From Sphyrna mokarran (taxonomy: Eukaryota): 64,000 bases of DNA. The stretch spans positions 35,092,001 through 35,156,000 of the forward strand of contig JAGIQG010000008.1 in assembly GCA_024679065.1 (NCBI GenBank), given 5' to 3'. The position numbers and the translations under genes are program-made. Shown in pieces: positions 37,493 through 51,366 of the stretch. Each line of letters starts with the position of its first letter. The stretch's first letter is position 1. The notes below the pieces were generated by a model that worked only from the letters and a program-made list of their open reading frames with translations, was not told the DNA's origin and did not search any database.

Positions 37493-40330
37493 CTATACTT
37501 GGGATAATGTGTCCACAATGACATTTTCCCCCCCTGGCCACATGAAAGCTTTTTAAGTTGAATGGTTGCAACAGCAAACTCCATTGGAATTACCTGGTGT
37601 AACAGTCTTGGAATTTTTCCAGAAGTTTTAAAGAGTTATAGTCTATGTATACAGTGTTGTCTTTGCTGGATTGTTATCAACATAAATCTCAAAATGTTGT
37701 AGTGCCAGGACCAGGCTTAAAATTTCTTTCTCAGTAGTCAATTTTGATTTTGTTGGAAAATATCCCACTGGCTTCTCAAGACTAAGTTTCTCTTTTTTTC
37801 AATAACACATATCCTACATCAATGTCATTAATATCCACCACCAGTTTGAATTGCTTGTTGTAGTCAGGTGTCGCTAATGATGAGTTTGTCATCAACACAG
37901 TTTTTAAATGGTTGAAAGCTATTTGATAGCCCACTGTCCAGATAAAGTGCTTGTTCTTCTTTAAGAGCTCTGCGAGTGGTGCTACCAGACTGCTAAAATT
38001 TGCAATGAGTTTGTGATGGAATTTCCTCATGTCCACAAATCTTAGAATTCTTTAGTTTTGAGAGGTGGGTTATAGAAAACCCGAAACGGCCTGTACTTTT
38101 CTATCTCATGGGACCATTTGGCCTCATCCCACTGTGTATTCCGGGTATGAAATTTGGGCCTTAGCAAATTTGCATTTTGCTAGGTTTCTCATAAGATTGG
38201 CTTGTTCTAAGCTGTCAGTTTCTTTGAATGACATAAATGCTCTTTCCAACCCTAGCTGAACAACCCCATGTCATCAATGTACAGTGACCCAATCCTCAAA
38301 TCACTTGTTTCATGAGTGGCTGAAAGGCCATTGGGGCACTTTTCATGCCAAACGGCATAACTTTGAACTGACAAAGTCCTTGTGTCATCACAAACACAGA
38401 GATCTCCTTTGCCTTCTCAGTCAAAGGTACTTGCCAGTAGTCCTTTAGTGATGAATTGCGACCGTTAAATGCTTTTGATGCATTCTTCCAAACATGAAAT
38501 AGGAAACAAATCCCTCTTGGCTACAGCATTCACTCACCTTTAATACATGCACAGTCTTTGGCTTCCATCTGACTTGGATACCTGGACAAAAGGAAGCTCT
38601 AATCACAAGAATTTAATTCAATAGGATCATTTTGGAGCATTTACTCAATTTCCTTCCATACTTTTGACAACTTAGTTAGACTTACCCATTATGGATACTT
38701 TCGATTGGAGCAGTGTACTCCACATCTGCTTCATGCATCACTAACACTGTTTTATTTAGTTTATTTCTGCAAATGCATCAACAGGACTGTACTAACTCTT
38801 CCAGTTCTCTCCATCTCTTATGTGGGAGATGACTTAACCACTGGTTTAAATTTTCCAGTACTACCTGATTTCCCAAATGAATTTTAGGGAAGTCACTGGC
38901 ATAATTTTTGCTTTCATTTTCCCCCTACTTCGTGACTAACAATCTCATGCTTGTTCTCATCTCTATCCCAGTATTTTTTAAACAGGTTCATATATCATAC
39001 ACCGTGTGATTTTCATCTTTCTGGAGTGCATATCAGGTAGTTTACCTTCCTCAATTTCTTTTCTCTAATGATACAGCCTGCTGAATCTAACTTTTAAAGG
39101 GTCTCCTGACACAGGTACCAACACAAGCACTCTCCTGTTGTAAAATTATGAGATTGGGCCTTCCTATAAACTGTGGCTTTCATTCCCTGCTGAACTGTCT
39201 TTAAATGATTTCTCATCATCTTGCAGGTCCCATTGAATTGTTCCTTAAAATTTGAGATGCAATCTTAAAGTGTCGTAGTTAGTAACTTTTCCCAAATTAA
39301 TTTCAGTGGTCCTCTGACTTCACACTTGTAGACCAATTCAAACAGACTAAATTTGCTGGATTCATTTGCTACATCCCTAATTGCAAATAATAAAAATGGA
39401 ATCCCCTTATCCCAATTATAAGGATAATCTTGGCTGTAAGCTCTCACCATTTTTTTTCAGAGCTTTGTGCCATCTGTCTAGGGCTTCCTGGGCTGATGAG
39501 TTGAACAACCTGGAGATCAGACAGTACATGACCTGCTTGAATAGCCCTGACATAAAATTGGTGTGTCTGAATCTCCTTTGGCAAATCATAAAAGAAAAGA
39601 ATTTGGTTAACTTCTCCCCTATTCTTTTAGTTGTAATGGTTCTTAAGGGGCTAAAAGAGAAGATGCTGGAAATCTCAACAGGTCTGGCAGCATCTGTAAG
39701 GAGAGAAAAGAGCTGACATTTCAAGTCCAGATGACCCCTTGTCGAAGTTCTGGTTCTCAAGGTTATGGCTTAAGGGAATCGGATGGCTATATCCATGATA
39801 GTTAGCAAATATTGATTTCCGCTTCAAGTTCTCAACAATGGTCAATTCAACACAGTCAATTAGGACCCTTGTAAATGATTTGTCAAATGCTAGAATAGGG
39901 ACTAATGGTGCAGGCTTGATTACCGTTTGCAATTTCCCTATTATCTGACAGAGGTGACAGGTTTGACAAAAGGAGACTATATCCTTGTGTAGTCTGGGTC
40001 AATAAAACTGTCTTGGGTTTTTTTTTCCAGAGATATCTCCCTATGGAATCTTATGAGTTATCCTCAGAATTCCTTCCTGTACTCTGCCCATTCGTTCTCC
40101 TTACTAACATGTGGTGATCACCATTTTCTCATTAATATGTTCCCCTGTACATAGTGACAAGTGGGAATGCAGTGAGCTTCAAGTTCTAAGTACGCAGTCT
40201 GATAGTGTTGTTTTAATTTTGAGTCACTCTGATATAATTCAATTAACATCTTTGAATTGAGCATACCAGTCCTGTTCTCTGTGTCAATCTCATTCTCAGT
40301 TGGCTTGTTAAAGATGGTATCGGGTAACCT
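37493..40330 (-). mobile_element. Decayed Gmr1-type Ty3/Gypsy LTR retrotransposon pol (INT-RT-RNaseH order)
   Basis: Reading 5' to 3' on the minus strand: integrase (APLVPILAFDKSFTRVLIDCV; WDKGIPFLLFAIRD, 39930-39265), then RT (YWQVPLT, KVMPFGMKSAP, YIDD at 38281-38270), then RNase H ending WSLLLQPFNLKSFHVARGENVIVDTLSQV*. Purine tract at about 37350-37358. Confidence 0.85.
39650..39755 (-). mobile_element. Penelope terminal-repeat fragment inserted in the Gypsy integrase
   Basis: Reverse complement reads gggtcatctggacttgaaatgtcagctc...cagatgctgccagacctgttgagatttccagc, homologous to 6490-6580. Confidence 0.7.
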
Positions 40331-42680
40331 TTACCATCTTAGCAGGCTCATCCACCTGAAAACATGTTGGTGCTGTTGGTGAGAACTACTCAGTTTTTCA
40401 TCAGAATCTGCCATTTTTTGGTAAGACTTTGCCCACTTTCTCTCTCTTCATTCTTTTTTCACCTGGGTGTTTGTTATTCTCTACTCTGTTCAAAGCTGCC
40501 TCTTCATGTGAACCTTTTGTACAGTTTGTGCCATGAATTTTAATGTTTGAATCTGATAATTAATGCAGCATTTTTACTAAATTTGTTGAGCTTCTTCAGT
40601 TTGAATTTAACTTCATCTCATGTGTTAACCCAAGCCATTAGGAACAAACAATCTTTGTTCCATGGGAACAACAATACCCAGAGCACGGCAAGTTCAAATG
40701 GTAATGTACTTCCCTCTGTGTGACAGCAGCAATTAATGTGCAATGTCAGAAAAAAATTCCCGACAAGTTCTACAAAATGAAAACTGGAAGCTGATTGATT
40801 AGGTGGATAAAGTGAGGAAGGCAGGAAGGCAATTTGGAGGGAGAAGTGTTTACCTGTGGAAAGCAAAGATGACAAGAGAAGCTCTGAAAATAGACAAAAA
40901 GCTGAAGAAAAGTGAAAAAAACAAAAAGAAGAAAAGAGAGACACAGTCAGACACCTCCAGCAACTTTGAAGAAAGGTGGGGAATGATAGAGAATGCTCCA
41001 AATAGACGAGACAAACAGATAGAAACAATGAGAGAAAGTCAATCAGAGAGAAAAGATGGAGAGATAGACAAGCTCATTATATATACTTCCCATGCAAGAG
41101 AACCAGCCCTTCTAATTACAGCAGTCCTTATGAACATCCTCCATGAACATATTTCAGTAATCTGTGACCTGTACGTATAATCCTGTTGACAGAAGCTCTG
41201 CACAGTAAAAACAGTATGCAAATTATATTTACCTATTAAATTCTTATCGAGGGTTATAATAGACTGAGAATTTGTTGTGTTTAGGGTAGCAATTTTAAAT
41301 AGATTGATAGATTAAAAGACAAATCCTGCTCAAAAATTGTGACCCCACATTTTCACCACTGGTATTTTGTCACATTTTCACCATTGTGAGATGGGTTTAA
41401 CCGCCAATGGTCTGTAGAGGTGTTTGCACTAGAGTTTCCTAGATCATAGCATTGGCATATCCATAAGATGATTACTTGATACAAATCACAAGCAAAATAG
41501 GTGTAAGAGGCCCTGATTTTAATGTGAAGTAACCTGGTTTATGGAGGAACCTGCTGAGTCAGTAACAATTTGGCATATTCAAGTCCAGGGAGGCTTCAAG
41601 TGCAAAGTCTGGATCAGTAGCACCATCTTCAATGACATTAGTGAAGCCAAATGTCCCTTTGGGGTGCAGATTATGTTGGCAATGGTTTCTAGCATGACCT
41701 ACACAGCACACCACCTTGAAAACAGGGTGTTCCCTCTGACAATCTGAACTTGGTGACATTGTGAAATTATATATCTCTACTAGTTGATTGGATTCCTATT
41801 TTCCAGGTTTGGGTTAAGTGTGGCTGTTCAATAAACTTTCATGTTAGTCAACAAAGATTAAGCATTTAGCTGTAAGAGGGGTTCATTACTAATGTTAATT
41901 AAAGAGTTAGGCGTTCAACTTGCATGCAAGATAACTTTGAAGAATTCCTTTATTGCAAAGTGTCTAAAAGTACTCTGAAGTATTTTTGGCGGTGTTGTAG
42001 TGAGTACCTGGGTTTGGCAGGGACTATTGCTGCACCCTCATTGGGAGGGCACAGGAGTAGGTGATCTGACTATAGAAAAGCTGCAACAGGTAGATGGATG
42101 ACATACCTCTGGGTCTGACAGACGACAGATCAGATACTATGGAGAGGATAAATTCTGCATGACTCCCTCTGCAGCCTTGGAGTTGGACTTATTCATGCCT
42201 GTTGGAAGTGACAAGAAGCGAGCGGTCTGACAGATCAACTAATGCACCAGCATCTCAATGCGCATGCCCATCGGTATTTTCTACATGCAGCTGTCATCTG
42301 AGTGTTCTGGAGCAGAACTCTATTGGGACTTCCAGCTCTTGTGAACTGGCATACAAACCAATGGCTACTGAGACCATGTGCAGATCTCAACTCTGTACTA
42401 CCTTGTAAGGTTACTGCAGTGCCTTCATCTGAGCTGGTGATTGTGAGTGTCAGATCAAAATGATGGGGTCTCATCATCAGTGCTCAATTATTGCACTCTC
42501 TATCTCTCTCTCTCCACCTCAAGGGCTGCTGTGAGTAAACAGATAATGAGAATGGGGAAGTTGGGTGAAGGAAGGGGTGTGTGAGAGTGTAAAGCTCAAG
42601 TTCATGGTTAATAAAAAAAGAATAAGAGAAATAAAATCACATAAAAGTTCTTTGCAACAATGTATTTTATAATAACCCGT

Positions 42681-42948
42681 GGGGTGGCACAGTGGTTAGC
42701 ACTGCTGCCTCGCAGCGCCAGACATCCAGGTTCCATTCCCAGTTTGGGTCACTGTCTGTGTGGAGTTTGCACGTTTTCCCCATTTCTGTGTAGGTTTCCT
42801 CTGAGTGCTCTGGTTTCTTCCCACAATCTGAAAGACGTGCTGTTGCCAAACAGATGCAAGAGTGTGGTAACTAGGGGAATTTCACAATAACTTCATTGCA
42901 GTGTTAATGTAGGCATTACTCTGACACTAATAAATAAACTTTAAAACT
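42681..42948 (+). mobile_element. V-SINE with an alternative (non-CR1) 3' tail
   Basis: Head and V-domain as in HE1; tail gtggtaactaggggaatttcac...tgacactaataaataaacttt. Confidence 0.8.
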
Positions 42949-44467
42949 TTCAACCCTCCCTTTTAATTAATGTTCTCCCTATTTAGTAAGGATCATGAAA
43001 GTTTGATGAAAATAGCTGGTACCATAATTTTTTGAAATACATTTATGTCTGAAAGAAGCCATGCACTTTTTGAAGCTAATTTTTTGTAACTAATGAGAAT
43101 TAACTTTGCTATAAATTGACTAGCACCGGATTGAATCAGCAAGTGCCATGCATCATTATATTAAGTAAAGAACTATCATTCTGGGGATTTAATTTTATAA
43201 AATATTTCTGGGTTTTTGGATATCTTGTGTAATCATGTATTTTTAGGCAGAACAGATGTCCTAATTGATACATTGTAATTAAATGCTTTCAATCATTATT
43301 TTCTCAATATCCAATTGATAAAGACCTGCCACGTGTTGACTAAATCCTCCATCATGGCTTAACATCTAACAAAGTACTTGACTGAGATGCTTGTAAACTG
43401 TGCCTGAAAAATCATTTCCCAATGAAAAAATGCTTTCTAGAGAGGAGTGAAATAGGGATGTTTCTTAATCTTTTCTGCAGAAGGTGTTCTGTGTATGGTG
43501 CTTCAGCCTCATGTTCCAATCAGTATTATCATTCACTCTTAAAACCAATTAGTTATTCCATTTATCGGAATTCTTCCTAGTCATTTTGGGCAAATGGATG
43601 TTGATCAGATGCAGGGTTAAAAATTACATTGTCACATGAAACACTTCCACATCAGATACAAGTTGGATATGGAGGAAAGCTTTTCATCTTCTACAATAAT
43701 ATAAAAGCTCAAATTTACTGCCAGCATTTAATATAATGTTTGTGGTAAATGTGCAATAATGGCAACTAATACCAGTAGTGGGCTATACTGCAGCTGAAGT
43801 ATATTGCTTTCTTCCATCCACTTAAAAATTACCATATGAAAACTTTTTAGGTTGAGGGATAATGCACTCAATTTTCACTAAAGGCCTATTCAACTGGCAC
43901 TTAACAGAGACTGATTACCACTTAAACATGTTGCTTGTTTGCGGCTTTCATCCTATTCAAATGGAACAGACATTGCTGAAGGTACAGATTGCAGATATGC
44001 TGTTGTGAAATTTCTTTTCAAACTCCTAAGCATTTTCTACCCTATAAGGACAATATTCTGTGCTCAATTAGCGCTTGAATTGGTAGAGGACTACAACAAA
44101 AAAAGGCAGCATCAAGTTCCATTGTTCTGATATACAGTAAATTTACTGTAGCAGACCCAGTTATCTGGTAGTGTCAGTTCAGAAGTGCCTTAGGATGCTG
44201 AAAAAAGAAAACAGTAACAAACTTGTGCCGTCTTCCTCAGGAGAATCCTCATATGACATGTTACAGAGGTATGGCATTGCAAGCAGAAGAGATAAAACCT
44301 TCAGTTTTATCATGTCAGGTTCCTTCAGACTAGTACTGAGACCATCTGCAGTGTTTGCCTGTTTGCTTTCCATGGCCATATCAAAGAACTTATAGATGAA
44401 TTATTCAGTAAGGCCAATTTTTGGTTGGTTCTAACAGAACCAAAGAAATAGTCTTTGGAATTTATGG

Positions 44468-45081
44468 TTTTATCAAAATCTAGAGGTTCATCAATTAGAC
44501 ATATTTTGCAATTAGGATCTCTTGACCATACATAACAAAGGAAGCAGGAGTAGGTCATACAGCCTCTTTGCCATTTATTATAATCATGGCTGATTATCAA
44601 ATTCAATATCTTGATCCCGTCTTGCCACATATCTCTTGGTCCATTTAGCTCCAAGAGCTATGTTTAATTTGTTCTTGAAATCACATGTTTTGACCTCAAC
44701 TGCCTTCTGTAGTAGTGAGTTTCGCACATTTACCTCTCGCTGGGCAAAGAAATTTCTCCTCAGTTCTAAAAGATTTACTCCTTATCTTCAAATTATGATG
44801 AGTTCTGGACTGCCCCACCATCGGGAACATTCTTTCTGATTCTACCCTGTCTAATCCTTGTTAGAATTTTATACACTCTTGGAGCTAAATGGATCAAGAG
44901 CATGGGGCAAGGCAGGATCAAGATACTGAATTTGATAATCAGCCATGGCCATAATAAATGGCAGAATGGACCATGGAGCCGAATGACCTACTCCTGCTTC
45001 CTTTTTTATGTATGTTTGAGAGGTCTTAATTGCAAAATAGATTTAATTGACGAGCTCTAAATTCTGATAAAATCAGAATTT
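44468..45081. repeat. Inverted duplication (about 190-bp arms) of a CR1 3' end plus its flank
   Basis: 44468-44657 is an imperfect reverse complement of 44876-45072. Confidence 0.8.
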
Positions 45082-45870
45082 CCAAACTCCAATGAATATA
45101 ATCCTAACTGACTTAGTCTCTCCTCATATGACAACCTGCCATTCCAGGAATCAGCCTGGCAAACCTTCACTGTACTCCCTTGATAACAAGAACATCCTTC
45201 CTTAGACAAGGACACTAAAACTGCACACAATACTATAGGTGTGGCCTCACTAACGACCTGTACCAATTGCAGTAAAACATCCCTTTTTCTATATTCAAAC
45301 TCTGTGCACTTATTTTCAACGACTAGTGCACGAGGACACCAATGACTCACTGAGTATCCACCTGTCTCAATTTACACCCATTCAATAATAATTATATCTT
45401 CCTATTTTTTCTACGGAAGTGGATAACCTCACATTTATCCACATTATATTGATCCTACATTGCATCTGCCCATTCACCCAGTCTGTCCAAACCATAGTGA
45501 AGCATTTCTACATCCTCCTCACAAGCTCACCCTTCTCATCCAACTTTGCATTATCTGTTAAATTCTCCCTCAATGTGCCCAAATAGGCAATGGAACGTGG
45601 TGACTAGGGGATTTTCATAGTACCTTCATTGCAGCATAAGCCTACTTGTGACACTAATAAATAAACTTAAACTGCAAATTTGGAGATAATATTTAGTTCT
45701 CTTGTCCAAATCATTAATATATAAAGTGAATAGTTGGGGATCATAGCACAGATCCCTCCAGTATTTAAGAGTCACTGTCTGCCTATCAGAAAAAGACCCA
45801 TTTATTCCAATCTTTTGCTTCATGTCTACTAACCAGCTTTCTATCCATCTCAAGACATCTTCTCTGATTC
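44527..45870 (-). mobile_element. CR1 LINE 3' portion with nested inserts
   Basis: LSYEERLSQLGLYSLEF, RWIESWLVDMKQKIGINGSFSD and LFTLYINDLD. Confidence 0.85.
45560..45670 (+). mobile_element. 3' fragment of the alternative-tail V-SINE, nested in CR1
   Basis: gtggtgactaggggattttcatagtaccttcattgcag...gtgacactaataaataaactt matches 42863-42940. Confidence 0.7.
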
Positions 45871-46407
45871 TCATCTGCTGCATATGCTATAAATGTATCT
45901 TTCAGAACAGTTATTGTGTCATAGCAGAGGAAGAAAAAGTGAAGATAGCAATGAGAATTTAGTAGCATTTTAAAAATTAATCAGAAGGCTGGAAATTAGT
46001 GTTGCTGATAATAGCAACCAGATGCTTAATATTTTCATATACTCTTTTTCTGTCCACTGAGGTGTTTGATCTATTTAAATAAATACTATATTGAAAGGTT
46101 TAAACAGTTTCAAACATTCAAAAATATTATACTATGAACTGATATTTCAGATGGCTTGAGATTTGTAGGGAATATACCTCCTCGTGGATATATAAATGGA
46201 TATTTAATATATTTTTATGCCACAGATATGAAGAAAGGAATCATAATACTTACCACCTTTTTAAAACTCTCCTCCTATCCTTTATGAATCAAATTACCAA
46301 TGATTTTGAGTTTGAGGTAGTTTGATCCTACAATGCTGGAGAGAGTTCAACAGTGGATTTATTTTATGCACATGCTGTTTCGTTTTATTTTCTATTTTTC
46401 CACACAG

Positions 46408-46575
46408 CAACCACACAACATTGTTCAAAGACGATTACTTGAGAGCAACATCACAAAATTGCATGGGGATCCAAAGTCTATGACTCAATCACCACTTGCT
46501 GACGAGGTGAAGTCCAGCTTAAATAAGGATACTGCATGTTCACAGCAATGGGACACACTCAATATCTACTGCAAG
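46408..46575 (+). CDS. NRIP2: NRIP2 coding exon 2
   Basis: Acceptor ttttctatttttccacacag and donor AAG|GTATGT; 168 nt, phase 0/0. QPHNIVQRRLLESNITKLHG...LNIYCK continues NRIP2/3 homology. Confidence 0.92.
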
Positions 46576-49500
46576 GTATGTAAAGTTGCATTGCAGTGTA
46601 ACATAATAATGTTCTCTAATAATCCTGCAATCATTATTGCTACACTGTTTAGAGTATCTCAAAGAAAACAAAATGATAAAAGAGTAACTTGAAAATATTT
46701 ATAACATTTGATCACCTTGATCAAAGTAAGAAATTTAAAATTCATTGTGTGTACTTTATTGGACGTTCAGATCATACGTATAGAAGACATAGTTCAATGT
46801 GCTGAACAAGTGCAGTATAAGAACAGAATTTGATGTGGGAGGTGGGGGAACCCATCATCCATTGTGAAATCTGACGGCTTTCCCACTGACCTCAATCTCT
46901 GGGAGCCCTGAAGTAATAAAGTTCCTAACTGGAAGTGGGAACGCTGCCAGCAATGTTTCAGCCCTGAGGTCATTAAATCAGTGCACTTCCTACTGTGAGA
47001 CAGATGGTCTACCTTTGAGAACTGCTGGCCAATCAGAGGCTGGCAGTGCTAGTTGGAGCACCAGCCACTGTTGATCTTATACATATGATCAGCTTTAGAT
47101 CCTCTGGAGACAGGCAAGTGGGGTAGAAATGAGAAATGGCTATCTTCCCCCCCTCTTTCCATCGCAAGGTCCTTTGGTTGAGTGCTACTGAATAAGGGAC
47201 TCAGAGAAGACCACAGACAAACCCAATAGAGTTTGGCAAGTTTCCTGCCCACCACTGGTTGAATACCAGCAGCAGAAGGATGAGGCACTTCAGGGCCTCA
47301 AATGGCCTCCAGACGAGAGATCCTCAAGCTTTGCCTGGGACTTAATTGGAGATGGGGAGACAGTAAGATCTTCACCCACCACATCTTCTCATTGTCAAGG
47401 GCAGGAGAGAGTCAATTCAAACTTTCCTGATTTACCACTCAATACCTGGCCATAAACAGTAGGATTTTGTTAAAATTCTGATCTTCCTCTTTATAAACAG
47501 TGGTGTATTTTCCCCAATTTGGATTGTCCAATCCACTATGAATAGCTTACATAGAAAACTTGAAGTAAGGTAAAAAGAAGTCAGTTTATTTTCACATATA
47601 CATGCAAGAGGGGTTTCACAATGTCCACCCTTCTTGCACTCACATAACAAAGGGGGATAAGAAAAAAACAAAGCGGGTTCAGGGCACAATTACAACTGGA
47701 TCCAGGTTATGGTTTTACATGTGTCCAGAATCAGAAGTCTACTGGAAATCTTCTCCCAAGCAGGGGTTCACTGATTATATGGTCATCCATCTTTTCCAAG
47801 TGAGACTTCAATGATGGGAGAAGGCATATAGATCAACGTCAAATAATAACTAACCATAAGGTCCCAGGACAGTACAAATAAAGAAAACCAGGTGGCCCAA
47901 GTCTCACTCATGTGATACTTTTTGGTGGTTTTGGGGTGTTAAATGAGGCTCTCTTGTTGAGATAATTGTATTAAAACAGTTAATGTTTAAGCCATTAGTA
48001 CCATTATTGGAGATTAGGATCTGCAAAGGGTTCAAGTTGGCTGGAGCAGACTAACTATCTGATGTACCATTGTGTCGGCTGGGTTGGAATGTTTATGCTT
48101 TACAAAAGAGTGTTACATTCCAGATATAATTGGTGTTTGCTTTTGTTAACTTTGAAATTTCTGGAATCTAGCATGTGACCACCTGGAGCCATCTTGTCAG
48201 CTCAAGCATTATCCATTTTGAAAAAAAATTCATAATTTCTTCACTATCTGGGCTGTAACACCACCCAAACACACCCAAGCTTCCCTGGATTCTAAAGTCA
48301 TCTCAACAAGATGATGCCCTCTCAGCTACTTTTTAAAAAACATTAATTGAACAAAATACAGAACATAGCTAGTCCACCACTTTGGAAGTTTTTGAGGGGT
48401 ATGGTTAGGGGTTGCCTTTGACTGTATCTGCATCCAGGCAAGCAGGGAGAGGCTTGAAGTTGGGTGTCCACCTTCAGGAAAATCCCAATCAGCCTCAATT
48501 ACTGACCTTCAACAATAAACTGAATTGCCTTCTTGCCTTGTCTTCCCAAATATGGGTTGGGCTGATATTAGGAAGACTGAGGGAGCCTGAGCATTACCTG
48601 GCCTCATAATTTACAAGCCTCGCCTGGCTCCTGACATCAGCAGGACCAAAAGTTAGATTCAGGGTTCTAAATTAGTGTTCGATAGAAAACGAAAGTTGGT
48701 CTGAAAATTTTGGTGTTTGCTCAGATTGTGAATCAATTGATTTGAGCTCAGTGAAGTTACCTTCCAGGCTAGTATGGTGAAACTTTGCTTCCAGGCTTTG
48801 GAATTAACAAGAAGGAGAAATAAATTCTATGTTCAGGGTCAGTAACATCTAATACTGGCTGCAAAATAGACGATTCATGGTCTAAACTGGGAAGTAAGAT
48901 GTAGCAGGTTGGTTTTCCCTGCTGGAAGCTCATCCAATAAGATAGCATAACATGTTTTGTTTTTGTGTTGTTAGGGCAAGCATTGTAGAAGTAGTTTAAG
49001 AATTATTTGTTCAATTGTTTGTATTGTGCAAAATAAACCAGCTTCTTGATTTATCATCCACCTTTACCAGTATTTGTCATTTTTGTATGTTAAATAATTG
49101 AATGATACATGTATAAATTTGCAGAATCAATTTTAAATGTTATGGGGAAATATTATGGGTGTCTCTTATATGCCCCAATTAATACGTATAAGGAAGTATA
49201 AGTCAACTACAAAGCACAAATGTGAGAGACCGATTTACAGAGTTAATGGGCCACACTGAACTTGAGAAAGTTGCAAGGATAGCGTTGAAAGGTAGTGTTG
49301 TAAAGACGGTTGGAGGTAACCTGGAGTCACAGGTGCAGAAAACTACTGAATTATTTAAACTGTTTAGGAGAAAATTATTGATGATAACTATGAAATAGCT
49401 GGTGACAATGGGTTGGAATTTTAATCTGGGGAAACAGTTAGGTTTAGGTTCAGGTTCAGATGTAGGATTAAGTCTGGCGAAAATACAAGGATGCCAGGAA

Positions 49501-50947
49501 ACTGGCTCCAACCCATTAATGCCTAGATTTAATTTGAGTGGGTTGACTTATTGCAACCTTGGGAGAGAGAAGGGCTACCTATTAACATTTGGCAAACACT
49601 CAACTGAAGCAATATTTTAATGTAGTTATTGTCATTTTCTTGGCTTCCTGAAATGCATCGTGAAAGCAAAACACAGATAAATGTCAATTGATGAGCTTGT
49701 CCAAAACTCATTGAAATAGTGGAATAAACACATAGTACTTGCAAAGAATTGTTTATTGTATTTTTGTTATGTGTTTACTTTCTCCTAGGGCTTCCATTCA
49801 ATCGATGTGCAGCCAGTGTACGTCCACAAATATAATTCTGCAGGTGTTCACAAGATTCCTAGAGAACTTCCATAATTCTTTCATCCTACAGCAGTCTAAA
49901 TTTTTTAATCTTTTCAAATTTGCAAGAATGGCTTCAGGGGTTAGTGCAAAAACAGATCCTATTTCAAACTTAACAGATGACAGTCGTGAAAACCGTTACC
50001 AATGGTGCTGAACAGCACCACTTGATTATTAGGTGTGTGACTGCTCAAGCCATTGGGCATGCTGAGAATGTGCTTTAGTGCTTAGGCAATTCCGGAGGCA
50101 TCCTTCAGCCAAAGCCTCCAAATGTTTATGATGTGCTGCCTACTGTGCTCAGTTTGGACCAGCAAAAAGAACAAGAAGCAGAGCATGGATCATTTGGGGA
50201 CATTTCCAAGTAAGAAGAGGAAAGCAAGATAGCTGAGGAGAAAAGTGATGAAGGCAACGGAGCACTAACTGCTCACATTGCTACCCAGAATGCCAAGAAT
50301 ACCTTCATTAAAGCATAATTCACTTAGATCGCATTAGGGAAACAATTACAGAATTATGCAACAGCTACTCCTTTCATATCCTCCCCCAGCAATGCCATTT
50401 ATGCAGAGCAATCCTGCAGAAGTATTCATGCACATCAATTAATTCTATTCATCCACTATCAAACAAGTGAAAAGATGACATGCCACCTAGAAACCAAGAA
50501 TGGATAAGTGGAAAATGATACAAATTAATAATACTTATATAATTCAACTGAAGAATGGAAATTTCATAACTGAACATTTCCTATACACTCTTATGTAGCT
50601 TTACTATTCCTCTTCCCACCAATTCAACATAGTGCAGAAGTGGAGGTAGACTGCTTAGATCCCAGCTCAACTGCTGAGATCTCTTAGTCAATGACCTCTG
50701 GATTTTGGAGCCCATGTGGTCCCACTATAGGCTGGCCCACTTGCACTTGTGCAGCAGCATACTCTGCCAACAAAGATACATGGTAGCATGTCAGATACTG
50801 GCTAAGGGGATGTGGATGGTGGGAGGTGTTGTGGAAAAGAATGGGTCAATTAATAAATCTAGAATTGAAAGCAAGTGTTAGTAATGCTCACCATGAAGTT
50901 ATCTCTCCACAGATGCTGCCAGACCACTGATCTTTTCCAGCAATTAA

Positions 50948-51135
50948 GAGGCAGCATGGTGGCACAGTGGTTAGCACTGTTGTCTCACAGGGACCCGGTT
51001 CATTCCTGGCCTTGGATGACTGTATGAAGTTTGCATGTTTTCCTTGTATCTGCATGGGGATTTCTTCTGGTTTCCTCACACATTCCAAAGATGTGTATTT
51101 ATGGATTGGTCATGTTAAATTGTCCCTTAGTGTCC
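50948..51135 (+). mobile_element. V-SINE 5' portion
   Basis: ggcagcatggtggcacagtggttagcactg head plus V-domain. Confidence 0.8.
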
Positions 51136-51267
51136 TTGTTGCCTCTTCTAACATGGTGCCCAGATATGGACATAATATTCCAGCTGAGATTTTGTCAGTT
51201 TTACAAATATTTAGCCTAACTGCATTTTATACCTTTATTAATAAAACCATTGTTTATTTTTAAAATA

Positions 51268-51366
51268 GTTGAATTTATATAGCACCTTTTACAAGGAAAT
51301 CTTAAAGCATTTTACAACTAATGAAGAACTTCTTTGAATTGTGAGTCAGTGTTGTAATATAGAAAA
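51268..51366 (-). mobile_element. DeuSINE/SacSINE1-type 3' end
   Basis: Reverse complement attacaacactgact...aagttcttcattagttgtaaaatgcttt...aaaggtgctatataaat matches the recalled SacSINE1 tail. Confidence 0.55.

Noticed and set aside
44179-44379. 66-aa minus-strand ORF with a good Kozak context
   Set aside because: No recognisable homology or splice structure, and the length is within chance.
47468-48260. Possible solo LTR on the minus strand (TG...CA ends, AATAAA at about 47585)
   Set aside because: No matching TSD, PBS or second copy found, and the boundaries are ambiguous.
49435-49470. Telomere-like ttaggtttaggttcaggttcag
   Set aside because: Too short and not (TTAGGG)n.
50200-50480. 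Possible Harbinger transposase N-terminal remnant (RIRETITELC)
   Set aside because: The motif is too short and decayed to support without a search.
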